Below are positions 13,150 to 26,699 of a stretch of 64,000 nt of DNA, in pieces (the first letter of the stretch is position 1; every line of letters begins with the position of its first letter). The translations under genes and the position numbers were made by a program. The DNA comes from Octopus sinensis (taxonomy: Eukaryota), in contig NC_043015.1 in the NCBI RefSeq assembly GCF_006345805.1, positions 17,360,001-17,424,000 on the forward strand, given 5' to 3'. The notes below the pieces were generated by a model. The model was not told where the DNA came from and did no database searches. It saw nothing but the letters and a program-made list of their open reading frames with translations.

Positions 13150-14046
13150 ATGGTATGGAGAACACGCAGTCTTTAGTCATATTCTCTTCTATTGGTGGGT
13201 TTACTCAAAGGAGATATTTGCGAAGTGTTGTATTACTCTTGAATATTGTCCTGATGTCATATGGGCCGCATATCTTTTGTATCTTTTCGGAGAGGCCTTT
13301 CACACAGGGTAGACAGACTGTGGACAGTTTATTGGCTTCATAATTGGAGTGGATAGTATACTTTTGGGGTAGTTGTTGCTTAACAGATCGTTATTCAGTT
13401 TATCATTTTTTCGTGGTGTGTATCACGATCGCTACTTATATTCTTTGCACGATGTTCTAGGCACTGAGCAATTCCTCTCTTTACACTGAATGGCTGGTGG
13501 GAATTGAAGTTGAGATATCGTCCAGTAAAGGTAGGCTTGCGGTATACGGATGTCCTGAATCCATACTTGGTGCGTGTTATTAATACGTCCAGGAATGCCG
13601 GCTGATTGTCTTTTTCCTTTTCTATTGTGAACTGTATGGATGGCTTTATTGAGTTCACATGATCTAACAGCACTTGGACATCTTCCTGGTGGGGCCAGAG
13701 TATAAAGGTGTCACCTTTATACTCTCAAAGTGTTCCATGTATATATTGGCTATTACCGGTGATAATGGTGAACCCATAGCTAAACCCTCCTCTTGTCGAT
13801 ATATACCAGTGTCCATACTGAAGTAGGTAGTTTCTACACAGAAGGTCAATATTTCAATCAAGTTTCTTATTGGTATACTAGTGCGTTCTTTTAGATGGGT
13901 GTCTGTCACTAGTTTTTCTTGTATCACCGATAGTGCTTCACCAGTTGGGACTTTGGTGAACAGGCTTATCACATCAAGACTCACCATCTGGTTGGATTCA
14001 ATGGGAGTATCCTTGATCAATTCTGTGAAGTGGGTGGAAGGTTATA
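13150..14046 (-). mobile_element. Penelope/Poseidon-type PLE, RT and start of GIY-YIG (inverted 5' segment)
   Basis: MVSLDVISLFTKVP, YRQEEGLAMGSPLSPVIANIYME, QFTIEKEKDNQPAFLDVLI, VYRKPTFTGRYLNF; ends TKDCVFSIP at ~13152. Confidence 0.9.
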
Positions 14047-14380
14047 CAGCTGTGGTAGGTTATACAAAGGCGAAACATGCCGCCCCCTCAAAATAAGAGT
14101 AGACGAACCTCGCAAAGCTGTGACACGAGGAGATATTGATAAATCGGGTATAGCTGATCATGTATGGGGAAAATGGAGACCACCTCCCACTGTGGGATGA
14201 AGTTAAAATAATAAACAGAGAACACCAATGGAAAATACGAAAACTAAAAGAAGCAGCACATATGCTAGAATACAACAACCTCCTAAGCAGACCGAGTGCA
14301 GATATGAGCAGCATATGGGAACCGGTATAAAGGAAGGATAGAAAAATATTAGATTTATAAGCTCTAAAATTCATTCCATA
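14047..14380 (+). mobile_element. Same PLE, GIY-YIG endonuclease C-terminal half and 3' end
   Basis: SCGRLYKGETCRPLKIRVDE...KSGIADHVW...WDEVKII..RKLKEAAHM. Confidence 0.85.
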
Positions 14381-14383
14381 ATT

Positions 14384-14640
14384 GCCCGCTGGTATATGGC
14401 GTGGTGGTTAAGAGCGCGGGCTACTAACCCCAAGATTCCGAGTTCGATTCCAAGCGGTGACCTGAAAAATAATAATATTAATAATAATAATTACAACATC
14501 GAAGAATACCTTAGGAATGAGAACCCAGGTTCGAAATTTCCTCAAGACACCTCAAGAAGGCTGGAGAGTATATCAGCCGAAGCAACAACAAACAAGATGA
14601 GGTCAAATATCTGTCGAATGTAAATAATGTAAATAAAGAA
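14384..14640 (+). mobile_element. tRNA-derived SINE with PLE-like tail containing a decayed hammerhead
   Basis: A box tggcgtggtggttaag, B box gttcgattcc; tail acac ctcaaga a ggctg...cagcc gaagc; ends in gtaaataat repeats. Confidence 0.75.
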
Positions 14641-14734
14641 ATTTAAATGTAATAAAATGTTTTAAAAGAAATTTAAGTGTATACATGATAACTGTAAACC
14701 TACCTTTGGACCACCCTGTGTATATAAATATATT

Positions 14735-15143
14735 GTTGTTGGCATCCTTTTGCTTCGGAGATAATGGTGTTGCACATAAAATAATCCTGTGCAGTCCTAT
14801 CCTGGACAAACCGCTCCTCTAGCAGGTGACGCAGATGTAGCGAAGACTTTGCCTGGCTGGTTGCAATGTCATAGTTTCTTGTTGTCTTTTCTTGTCTTCC
14901 CATTTCCCCTCTCTCCATCTATGACTCCTTTGTGTTCCCTCTTCTGTGGTACGTTGCCAATCTCCACGGTTGCTGACAACCGCTTCCCAGTTGCTAATAT
15001 TGATGTCGCAAGCCTTCATGTCCCTTTTGCAGATATCCTTGTACCGTAAAAACGTTCTTCCAACAGACCTAGTGCCCCAAGCAAGCTCTCCGTAGAGTAT
15101 GTCTTTGAGGTTTCTGCCATCTTCGATACGACTAACATGTCCT

Positions 15144-15147
<4 letters not shown>
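14735..15147 (-). mobile_element. RTE-clade LINE 3' fragment
   Basis: [44 protein letters not shown]; homologous to 17775-18230. Confidence 0.9.
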
Positions 15148-15207
<60 letters not shown>

Positions 15208-15304
15208 TATAGGCATATGTATACGTATGTATGTATGTATGTACGTATGTATATGTATATACGTATATGTATGCATTATTTAATAAACACAATAGATATT
15301 TTAT

Positions 15305-15579
15305 GTGCTACTATTAGTTACATGTGCTGAGAGCATGCCAGACACTATTTTTTAACTCCTCTGGTATCCTAGCACAACCTTCAGGTACTGCCTACATAGC
15401 ATAGCAAACTAAAAATGGGACGGCAGAATAAATGAAAAAAGTGAGAAAAGGCGTGAAAAAAGTAGATATAAAAAGTCTGTTATGCCATGTGGACATTGTC
15501 TGAAGATTGTGCTAAGACACCAGTCATGTTAAAAAATATTGTCTGGCATACTCTCAGCACATGAAACTAATAGTAGCAC
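15305..15579. mobile_element. MITE/foldback, ~275 bp with ~80-bp TIRs
   Basis: gtgctactattagttacatgtgctgagagcatgccagacactattttttaac... / ...gttaaaaaatattgtctggcatactctcagcacatgaaactaatagtagcac. Confidence 0.8.
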
Positions 15580-15746
15580 GTGCGACTGGAATAACAGTCA
15601 CTATAAGTAAAGAGAGTACATAGTAGATAGTCATGTCTTTACTGATAGACAGTCGTGTCTTTGCTTGTTTTACTAAGTAACTATACTGTATACCGAAGTG
15701 GGCGTTATAACAATCCAATATTTTAAGGACATAACACCCTTTATCT

Positions 15747-15795
<49 letters not shown>

Positions 15796-15841
15796 GTACA
15801 CATCTGTCAGCTGCAATGCAGCCATTCATGAGATTTTTTCA

Positions 15842-15900
15842 CATACAGTAATCCCTCGCCATATCGCGGTTCACCTATCGCTGTTTATTATTTAAGTTTA
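15842..15900 (+). mobile_element. pogo/Tigger-like TIR fragment
   Basis: tacagtaatccctcgccatatcgcgg; the complementary end cgcgatagtcgagggattattgta lies at ~23425-23448. Confidence 0.5.
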
Positions 15901-17214
15901 CGTCGATTCCTCCGTGGTGTTGTTTTGCATTTATAATAAACTAGCAGAGATAACCGGCGTTTCCCGTGTTACATGCAATTGAAGAATTAGACTTTTCTGT
16001 TATATTTTCTGTAATGAACAGAAATATCTATGTTTCGAATTTCATCAAAATTGCAGATGAGGGTTATTCCCTCTTTACACACCCTAACAAAAATTGTAAT
16101 TGTGCCACATGTACCCCGTACTACTGATTTTTATGCGCATATTCCAAAATTCCAGTCTTATTGAACCTGTTAAAAAGATTTTGCACATGAAAAATGAAGG
16201 TCATAGAGCTCTAAAATGTGAGAGTTAAGACACCTGTTGGGGGTGGGCATCTTAATGTCAACCAGAGAAGTTGAATTGTTGAGAATCTTTTTAACTTGGG
16301 TCTTATATCTATTGTTTGAATTTCTTTGAAATAGGAAATATATGTTCACTGGGTTTGTAAAAGAGAGCAAAGCTACAGGAAACCAAAAAACGAATGATCA
16401 GTTACCCTACCCTAGTCGTTACCACTCCCAATGTAGGGTTCCTCACTATCCAGGTGACAGACACAGCCGTAAGATACATTACGAATTGGAAGGGCGTGAC
16501 CCAACTGAAATAAACATTAACAATTGTGTGACATGAGGGCTAAGGAGAAATGAAAGTGTCACCTCTGGAGTTTGCAAATGACCACTATACTGATACGTAA
16601 TTGGACAGAATGAATTTACAATCTATAAATGTCTTTGAATAACCAGTCACTCATGTGGGAAGACCTTGAAATCAATGTTAAAATCTGGGGACTATGTGTG
16701 ACCCAGTGATAATAGAAAGACTGAAAGAAGGTCTGCAATCGAATAACTTTGCTCTACACTTTGCAACTGAATCAGTGGTGGCAAAGATGCCTCTCATTTA
16801 CTTGACAATTTATGCACCACATTGCAGAAATCACAATGTATCACAGTGTATGTCTAAACAAACTGTTACACTGTTGTACGATTGAATTACAAATAATGCT
16901 CATCTTTTATGCTCGGGTAACCCAACAGCTTCCAAGATAAAATGACAAAATTCTGGGTGTTAAGTCCCCATGGCGGGGGGTTCTTTGTAACTTGTAAGAA
17001 GATGAAATTTTATAAATATTGCTTCATTTGTGTCTAATATCTATGGTTAAAGTTTCATCAACAGCAAAAATATATGAATTGTCATGGGGGTTATGGCCCT
17101 TATGCATAGAATATAATTTCCAAATTTCATAAAGATCCATTCAGTATTTTTTACCTAGTTTTGGATCATAGAAGAAATGACTAAAATTGGGAGTGAAGAC
17201 CCCCATTAGGGTGT

Positions 17215-17490
<276 letters not shown>

Positions 17491-17774
17491 CACACATACA
17501 TAAAAAGATAAATTGATAGATGCAACTGAGTGGGCAAACAAAAATATGAGACACTATCTAGTGCTTTTCTAGGTTGATAAGCCTGGTACTTATTCTATTA
17601 GTTTGTTCTTGTGAAACCAGTAAGTTATGTGGACGTAAATAAATGAACAGCAGTTGTGAAGCAGTGATGAGGGCGAAACACCGAGACAAAGACACACACA
17701 TACACTTACATATATACATACATATATATACGATTGACTTGTTTCAGTTCCTGTCTACGAAATCCATATATATT

Positions 17775-20355
17775 GTCGTTGGCATCCTTTTTGTCTCGGG
17801 AGACAATGGAGTTGCGCATAATATAATCTAGTCCGGCTTTTACATTTCATGTCCTAATACATCTCCTGCTGTGGTTGTGTAGACCTATCGTGAACAAACA
17901 CTCCCTCTGGCAGGTGCCGTAAATGTAGCGAAGACTTTGCCAGGCTGGTTGTAATGTCATAGTTTCTTGTTGACGCCTTTTCTTGTCTTCCCATTTCTCC
18001 TCTCACTCTCTCTGTCACTCCTTTGTGTTCCCTCTTTTACGGTACGTCGCCAATCTCCACGGTTGCTGGCAACTACTTCCCAATTGCTAATATTGATGTT
18101 GCAGGCCTTCATGTCCCTTTTGCAAACATTCTTGTATCGTAAGAACGGTCTTCCCACAGACCTAGTGCCTCTAACAAGCTCTCCGTAGAGTATGTCCTTG
18201 AGGATTCTGCCATATTCCATAGTCCAAGCCATCACATACGTCTTTGTGTGAGGAGTGCAAACATGCTTAGTATTCCTGCTGGCTTGAGGACATCTTTGTT
18301 GGGGACATGATTCTGCCATTTGATGCGAAGGATTTTCCGGAGGCAGCGCAGGTGAAAGATATTTAGGCGACGCTCTTGGCGTGTGTATGGCGTCCAAGTC
18401 TCACTTCCATACAGTAGAGTGCTAAGTACACATGCCTGGTAAATCTTCATTTTTGTGGTCTTGGTCAGCTTATTGTTGTCCCATGCCCGTTTGGAGAGTT
18501 GGGCTATCACAGCAGCTGCCTTGCCAATGCGTATATTGAGCTCAGCATTAAGGGATAGGTTGTAGGTGGTGGTAGAGCAAATATAGGTAAACTTCTCCAC
18601 CTCCTGTAGTCTGTGGTCTCGAATATGTATGTTTGGAATGTCCGATGTAGCCTGGCCCATGATGTTGGTCTTCTTGAGGTTGATAACTAAGCCAAAGTCG
18701 CTACATGCTTGCTCAAAACAGTTCATGAGCCTTTGTAGGGCTTCTTCTGTGTGTGATATCAGAGCAGCAGCATCAACAAATAGCATCTCCTTGATCAGGA
18801 CGCTTCTGATTTTGATCTTGGCACGCAGATGCGAGAGATTGAACAGTTTCCCATCACTTCTACTGTGCAGAAACACTCCATCATCTGATGTCTCAAAGGC
18901 ATGTGACGGCAGCAGCGAGAAGATGCTAAATAATGTAAGAGCAAGGACACAACCTTGCTTTAGCCCGTTTTTTTATTTGGAAGGCGGCTGATGTTGAACC
19001 ATTTTGCTGTATGGTGCCTTGTATATCATCATGGAAAGATTTGATAATCCTCAGCAGCTTTGGTGGATATCCGAGTTTTTGGAGCAGGATGAAGTGGCCT
19101 TTTCTACTTACCAAGTGAAAGGCCTTTCTCAGATCAATGAAGGCCATATATAATGGCATTTTCTACTCTCTGGACTTCTCCTGAAGTTGGCGTGTGGAGA
19201 ATATCATGTCAATATTTGATCTGCTTCTTCTAAAGCCACACTGCGATTCTGGATAAATTCGAGAAGCAAGCAGTTGTAGCCTGGACAGGATAACGCGAGC
19301 AAAGGTCTTTCCAACAGTGCGTAGAAGAGATATTCCACGGTAATTGTTACAATCACCACGGTCACCTTTGTTTTTGTAAAGCGTAATGATGTTAGCATCC
19401 CTCATATCCTGAGGGACTGTACCCTCTTCCCAGCACTCACACAGAAACTCATGAAGGTGCCGAAGTAGGATGGTGTTTTTGCTGGCTTTGATGATCTCTG
19501 AGGGAATGCCATCTTTTCCCGGAGCCTTGTTACTTGCTAGGGAGTCAATAGCCTTGGTGAGCTCTGCTATACATGGCAGACTATCAAGTTCGCACATGAC
19601 TGGCAAGATCTTGACACCCTCGACTGCAGCCTCAGTTACCGTGGTCTCCCGGGATTAGAGATCCTGGTAGTACTCCAGCCATCTATCCATTTGCTTGCTT
19701 TGGTCCTTGATGAGATATCCAGTAGTTGGTTGCGGATGGACCGAGGGCCTTCTTCAAACCGGCATACATCCCACGAGTGTCGCCACTGTCAGCAGCTGAC
19801 TGGATGATCTGACAGATTTCCTGCCAATACCTATTTGCACAGAGTCTGGTGGTCAGTTGGGTTTTATTTCTTGCCTTTCTGAGTTCTTCGAGTGACTTTG
19901 TACAAGAATCGCTCTTGCATTGCATCAGAGCTGCACGCTTTGCTTCGATAACTGGTTCCAGCTCTGAGAGCCCAGCACTGAACCAATCTGGGCTTTGCCT
20001 TTCTCTCATATCGAAAATATCTATTGATGTGGTATACAAAGCTTCCCTGATATAATTCCACCTACTTTCAGCAGAGGAGGTTGGGCAGCTACTGAGGGCA
20101 ACATTGATAGAAACAGCAAAACATTTTCGCAGTGTAGGGTCCGAGGTTCTGACAGTGTTAATGCGTGGTCGGCCCATTTTCTTGGAGTGATGGACTTTTT
20201 TAGGCAGAATCCTCACCCTGCTTCTTATTAGTGAATGATCTGTGTCACAATCCGCGCTGTGGTAACTACGGGTCAGTTGAACAGAATTCAGAAAAGATCT
20301 TCGTGTGACGATGAGATCCAGCTGATGCCAGTGGTGAGATCTTGGATGTCTCCTA
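17775..20355 (-). mobile_element. RTE-clade (BovB-like) LINE, 5'-truncated: end of APE plus RT, frameshifted
   Basis: HWHQLDLIVTR..DCDTDHSLI; KAPGKDGIP, NYRGISLL, PESQCGFR; FIDLRKAF; EMLFVDAAAL; LLYGSETWT (ORFs 19683-20414, 19163-19606, 18926-19159, 18232-18876). Confidence 0.92.
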
Positions 20356-20902
20356 TATGTATACACATACACACACAAAGATAAATTGATAGATACAACT
20401 GAGAGGGCAAACAAAGATACGAGACACTGCCTAGTGCTTTTTTATATTTTGATAAGCCTGGTACTTATTCTATCAGTTTCTTCATGTGAAACCAGTAAGT
20501 TATCGGGATGTAAATAAACGAACACCAGTTGTGAAGCAGTGATGAGGGAGAAGCACAAAAACACACACATAGACTTACATATATACATACATATATATAT
20601 ATACAATTGATTTCTTTCAGTTTCTGTTTACAAAATCCACTAACGAGACTTTGTTTGGTCTGAGGCTATAGCAGAAGACACATGCCAAGTTACCACTGAA
20701 CTGAGGACCATGTGTTTTGGAACCAAATTTGTTACCACACAGCCTCACCTGCACCTATGTATGTGTGTGTGTGTGTGGCTGTGTGTGTGTATGTGTGTAT
20801 GGGTGTATATATGTATGCATGTATATATGTGTATATATATGTGTACATATTACATGTACATATATTACATGTATATATATATATATATATATACATCCAT
20901 AT

Positions 20903-20979
<77 letters not shown>

Positions 20980-21064
20980 TGTGTAATAACGTGAAGTGAT
21001 AAGATACTGCACGAGTGGAACTATATATGAAAGAAGGTTTGAAAATGCAATTTTAAAATGTGTT

Positions 21065-21110
21065 TATTTACTTGACCGGTTTCACTTTTTTAGAAAAAGA
21101 TTGTCAAAAG
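21065..21110 (-). ncRNA. Candidate minimal type-I hammerhead ribozyme, U3-A8 core
   Basis: Minus strand: tttactt TTGACAA t cttttt cta aaaaag t GAAAC cg GTC aagtaaa; 7-bp stem I, palindromic ACCGGT stem III. Confidence 0.6.
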
Positions 21111-21164
21111 TAAAATGTAAAAGCTTTGTAAAAACTTTTTTGTGTTAAATACTGGTTGCCACAA

Positions 21165-21545
21165 CTTGTTTCAGTCATTTGACTGCGGCCATGCTGGAGC
21201 ACCGCCTTTAGTCGAGCAAATCGACCCCAAGACTTATTCTTTGTAAGCCTAGTACTTATTCTATCGGTCTCTTTTGCCGAAACGCTAAGTTACGGGGACG
21301 TAAGCACACCATCATCGGTTGTCAATCGATGATGGTGGGGACAAACAAAGACACACAAACACACACACACATACATATATATAAATAAACATATATACTA
21401 CGGGTTTCCTTCAGTTTCCCTCTACCAAATCCACTCACAAGGCCCGCGGCTATAGTAGAAGACACTTGACCAAGGTACCACGCAGTGGGACTGAACCCAG
21501 AACCATGTGGTTTGTAAGCAAGCTACTTACCGCACAGCCAAAGTT
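21165..21545 (-). mobile_element. CORE-type SINE
   Basis: Reverse complement of the 851-1247 family. Confidence 0.85.
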
Positions 21546-21716
21546 CATTGAAAATATATACATTCTTCGATAATAATAAGAAAAATGTTAAAACAGTTTA
21601 CAAGGAAAATAAAAAGTTCATTGAAGATATTAGGATTTCATTAAAAATCATGTTTGTTTGGAAGTATCTGTATATATACACAGAAAATTATATGTTCAAA
21701 AAGTTCATATCTTGGT

Positions 21717-21765
<49 letters not shown>

Positions 21766-22189
21766 TATATATATAGAAGGAGATATATTTAGGAGTTTAC
21801 AAAGAATTTGTGATAAACTGACCTGTTTTACCATTTTTCGTTTTGTGTGAAGCTAAATAAAGGCTGATTTTATGGGACAGTGTGGGAGGTTAGTTTGGGT
21901 GGGGGGAAGGAGGAGCAATGTGGGATTGAAAAGAGATTTTTGTTGTTTCTCTTTAGTCTTTCACCGTTCAGTGGTTTTTGGGACTCGCCTGTAAGGTCAG
22001 GATGGTGCGAGTGTGTGTGTCTTTGTGTGTGTGTGTATATACATGTGTTTGTGTTTCTGTGTGTAGGCTGTTTTTGATTGGTCCCAGGGTTTATTGTAGT
22101 ATATGTAAATGTGTCTGTGTGTGTTTAATATTTGGTAGGATGGTGTGTGTGTATATGTGTGCACGTTTGTGTGTGTATATATACACGTG

Positions 22190-23095
22190 TCTCTCTTCTT
22201 CCCTCTTCCCCTCTACTCTCTTTCCCTCTTCTCCCCTACTCTCTTCTCTCTTCCCTCTTTCTCTCTGCTCCCTCACTCCCCTTCTCTCCCCTCTCCCTCC
22301 TCCCCTCCCCTCCTCTCTCCCCTCCCCCTCTCTTCTCTCCCCCGTCCTTCGCTCTTCTCTCCTCTCCTCCTCTCTCTTCTCATATACTCACTTTCCCCTC
22401 CCCCATAAACCCACCCACCCCTACTCCACATTCCCTATCCTTCCCACCCCCTACGCAACTCTACCCCACACCATCCCCCACACACCCCACCCCTATCCCA
22501 CACCTCTCCCCCACATATCTCACCCCTATCCCATACCCCCACATACCTCACCTCTAACCCTACCCTCTACCTACCCACAACCCCCACTCTACCCCAACCC
22601 CAGCCGAACCCACACCCCACCTGTGGGTTCACCACTCTCGCCTCCCCCACCTCCCCACAACATCACACCACACTACACTACACCATACAACATTACACAT
22701 CACTCACAACACACCACCCACACACCCATCCCCACATTTCCACACCCACACATACATACACGCACACGTCCAGACCACCAGCCCTCTTTCACACGCATAT
22801 ACATACTCTCTTATACTCACACGCACCTTTGTGTTGGGGGCACCTTCGTATTGGAAGTCACTTGATCCTGTTATCTCCCCTACTGTCCCTCTCGCGTCTG
22901 ACCACTGTCCAAAGTCAGGACGCCATGATAGATCGTTAGCTCCTACATGCATTTTTTTCTCTCCTTGTTTCTCTCCTTGTTTTTTTTTTCGTGTATCTTT
23001 CTGTCGAAGAGCGTAGGATCGAAACGTAAAAGACATTTGTTTGTTTGTACTCCACCTGCCTTCGTCTTTTATAGAGATATGTTTTTGTTTCACTT
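22190..23095 (+). mobile_element. PLE 3' UTR/pLTR fragment (pyrimidine-rich) with HHR-like motif at 22997-23032
   Basis: Homologous to 57400-58870; cttt CTGTCGA a gagc gtag gatc GAAAC GTA aaag. Confidence 0.7.
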
Positions 23096-23099
23096 TTAA

Positions 23100-23290
23100 C
23101 ACGTAATACTGAAATAGTGGAGAAGATGGGATATTGCTGTGGGCTCGCCCTAGGCAAGAAGTTAAACATTTTTTTAACCCATGTAAAATTCGAATGAAAT
23201 TGGCTGTGTAGTTCTCAAGTTTTAGGGATTCACACAGACAGGCAGACAGACAGACAGATAGACACACATTCTCAGTTTTATATATATAGA
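23100..23290 (-). mobile_element. Non-autonomous Helitron-like 5' end
   Basis: Minus strand starts TCtatatatataaaactgagaatgtgtgtct...; second copy at 60310-60523. Confidence 0.55.
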
Positions 23291-23767
23291 TAAAGATATT
23301 ATTATATTTATTGTATAAATAATAAAAATTATAAAAATTTAATTATAAAATAATTTAAAAAATACTGTACTGTTTCTACTTCGCGGATTTTCACCTATCG
23401 CGGGGGTTTTTGGAATGTAACACACGCGATAGTCGAGGGATTATTGTATACACACAAACAACTGTCTGTGTATGTGCGTGCGCGCATACGTGTATGTTTG
23501 TATATATATATATATATATATATGCATGTATGTATGAATGTATGTATGTATGTATGTATGTATGTATGTATGTAGGTAGGTAGATATGTAGGTAGGTAGG
23601 TAGGTAGGTAGGTAGGTAGGTAGGTAGGTAGGTAGGTAGGTAGGTAGTAGGTAGGTAGGTACACATATACACGCACGTAGATGCAAAACAAGGTGGAGTA
23701 AAATAGCATTCAAGCACTAAAGATAGAGTAAAAGATAGACATTATTAAATCTGAAAAACTCAAATTA

Positions 23768-25865
23768 CATAGTCCTGCGACCAAAAATTGCTTCACACTT
23801 AGGTGAAATTTATCAAATTTTACCTGCTGGTTTAAAAAATTATTGTATCACCTACAGTTTCTTCACAAAATCGGTCATAGCATTTTACCATTATGCCCAA
23901 ATTTTACTGAGTGAGAGAGCAGCGCATGCCATCAAAATGACACTGGGATACAAACATACGAAGCCCAATATACCCACCATAACTACCCGTCTGATAGGCG
24001 TACACCAGGCAGATACATCACAACCATATGAGAGCGACATGGTGATCTCATATCAAGATTAACAGCGCATGACCTTGCAGGTGGGGGCCTTGTTAGAATT
24101 TTCTTCAGGTCAAGTAGCCCATACCACTCAAACGGTCCCTGAATAAGGATGTTCAACGAAACACCCATGTTTCCAGGGGTGAATTATTCAAACCCCAAAT
24201 AACTCCTCTCAACACATGGCTATGATGCTCCCCCACTACTTCTGATCGTGATCAGAGATGCACATATCGTCAGCCACTAAGGGACATGGTCAACTGGTTA
24301 AGGTCAAGCAACTGACAAGTAAATCTGTGATATTGAGCAGAATATTTGCTGTAGTCCATATTTTACACCATGACAAAACATGTACATGATAACCCTTCCA
24401 AATAGTTAAGATCAGAAGTCATGAGAGCCACTGCCCGGTACTTCATCAGGGCATCATTAAGGCTGGCAAAGGTATCAGCAGAACTTTTAGATTAAATCCA
24501 AGACTGCCTCTCGCGCATCATTCTATTGGTATCGTAACCGCAAAAAGGAACTTGTTCCTTATTTCCCTCAAGAAAATGAGTTGGTTTATTGAATAGGCTA
24601 ATCAGAACTAATAAGAAAGTATGGCATAAGTTACAGCCCTGATGACTGGAGACTTTTTATTGACTCTTTTTAAAGAGAAGTCTTAAAGCTGTTCTACTGC
24701 AGAATGCGCTTTCATCCCTGTTGGACACGGAATGATCAAGAAGAAAACATGAAACTCTGGTGTCACTCTTACGCAAATATAAATTCAAAAATCACAACTT
24801 GATGATTTGCGGCGACTTGAAAATATTTTGCATGCAGCTCGGACAACAGTTAGAGTACACAGAATTTCTTTGTTTCTTGTGTGGATCGTACAACAGAGCC
24901 AGGAACCTCCATTGACCTAAAAAAAAAGGATCAAGTAGGAATACGCTTACACCAGAAAACAAAGAATATCCTTCGAGAAAGTTTGATTGATCCGAAAAGG
25001 GTTCTTTTGCTTCCTTTACATATAAGAATTGACCTCATTAAGCAATTCGTAAAAGCTTTTCCATAGGATGGAGAGGGTTTCAAGTATTTGCGTAACAAGT
25101 TCCCTAATTCTATCAGACGCCAAGGTCGAAGAAAGTTTATTTATAGTACCAGCTGTAAGAAAATTCGTCAAAAATGAAAATTTTGAAAACTCTCTTAGTG
25201 ATTCTCAAAAAGATGCACGGATTAGTTTTAAAGAAATTAAGAACTTCTTGGGTAATCACAAAGAACCAAACTACAAAGGTCCAGCGAGAAGAATGTTTGA
25301 AAATTTCGGAACCCTAGGATGTAAAATGAGCATTAAATTTCATTTCCTACATAAAAAAATCTGGGTATGTGAGTGAGGAGCAGGGGAAAAAGTTTCATCA
25401 AGACATAAAGGAGATGCAAAGAAGATATCAGGGAAGGTGAAATATCAGTATGATCGTTGACTACTACTGGATGTTGCATCGTGAATGTTCATCAAATGTT
25501 CACAAGCGAAAGAGTTCCTGACGTAGCTTCCAAGTGAAAAAGAATAGATCGGGGGGGGGGGGGATGGCGAACCTAAAACATAAATTGAAATCCTTGTAAA
25601 AAAGTATTTTCTCACCTTTCAATTGAATTTGTACCATTTTATTTCGCTAAATAAAGTACCAAATCCATTTTCATTAGTTAAATTTTTGTCCTATCATATG
25701 TGGATTTTCCTACAAATTATAGTATATTTTATCATTAAATTGTCGGAAAAGCTTAGTTAATGGATACAGCTGTTTTGATATTTCTAATTAGCACCACAAA
25801 AATATATAAAGTAACGTGTAATTACCAAAACAATTTTCAAAAAAGTTCTATTTCGCAAACCTGTG
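23768..25865 (+). mobile_element. Chapaev3-like (CMC) DDE transposon relic with a nested repeat at ~23950-24460
   Basis: Degenerate DWRLFID, SLKAVLL, ICGDLK, LLLPLHI..IKQFVKA, FLGNHK..NY, GCKMSIKFHFLH, SEEQG..FHQDIKEMQRRYQG; imperfect termini catagtcctgcga / tcgcaaacctgtg; superfamily from motif recall. Confidence 0.6.
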
Positions 25866-26699
25866 TAATTTGTGAAGTTTTTCCGTTTCAAACACTATAT
25901 ACAACGAAATTCACAACGATGACATGTGTCTCGTTAGGCAGAAGCCCTGATCAATTGAGTCCAGACCAATGAATCTGACAAGACTTGATGGTCTTGTTTA
26001 CAATTTAAGCTAATAAACTGTATGTATGTATTACGTATTTATGTAAAGGGAAAAAGGATTAAAAATCCAAGCGAATACTTGGGTCAAACTTGGGTAACTA
26101 AATTGTCTAGTGAAAGCCATTTAAATCCACATCGGCCGTAAAATTGTTTTCATGTCAGTCCAATTTGTAAATTCAAAGTTCAAGCACCGAATATATTTTG
26201 CATAAGGTCACAAAATATAGAAGAAAACACAAAGAATGGAGAATTATGCATGCTTTCATTCGTTTACGCACGTTTTGGATAGAATGGCATTTCAAAATTC
26301 TGCGATGCAGAAATCATACATATTAATCTATCGCATTTTTGATCGACAAAGATTCTACAGAGACAGAGAAATTTAACACCATCCTATCTTTATCAAAGCT
26401 ATACGACACTGCTTAAAATAGGGAACATTTTAAGGAAGACATATAATAATATTTATACATATATAAATATGCGTGCGCAAACATGGCTTCCGGCCTGTAT
26501 TGTTATATTCCTCAACACCCTCAGCTTATATATAATTTATTGCTTGTTTTTGGCTGACAATTCTTTTTTCACACTGACAGGTGCAAACTTGTTTGCTGAA
26601 ATATAAGGAACATGAATCGAGATGCTCACTTTTTCCTGAGCAGAAGAAAGCGGAATTATTCTGAAGTAAATGGATTTTGACTGACCCTTAGCCAAAAAC

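Larger units (their letters stand above)
12960..14718. mobile_element. Tc1/mariner-type non-autonomous element (TIR pair) carrying nested PLE and SINE insertions
   Basis: cagggtggcccaaaagtaggtttacagtt (12960) and aactgtaaacctacctttggaccaccctg (to 14718) are inverted repeats in TA context. Confidence 0.65.
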
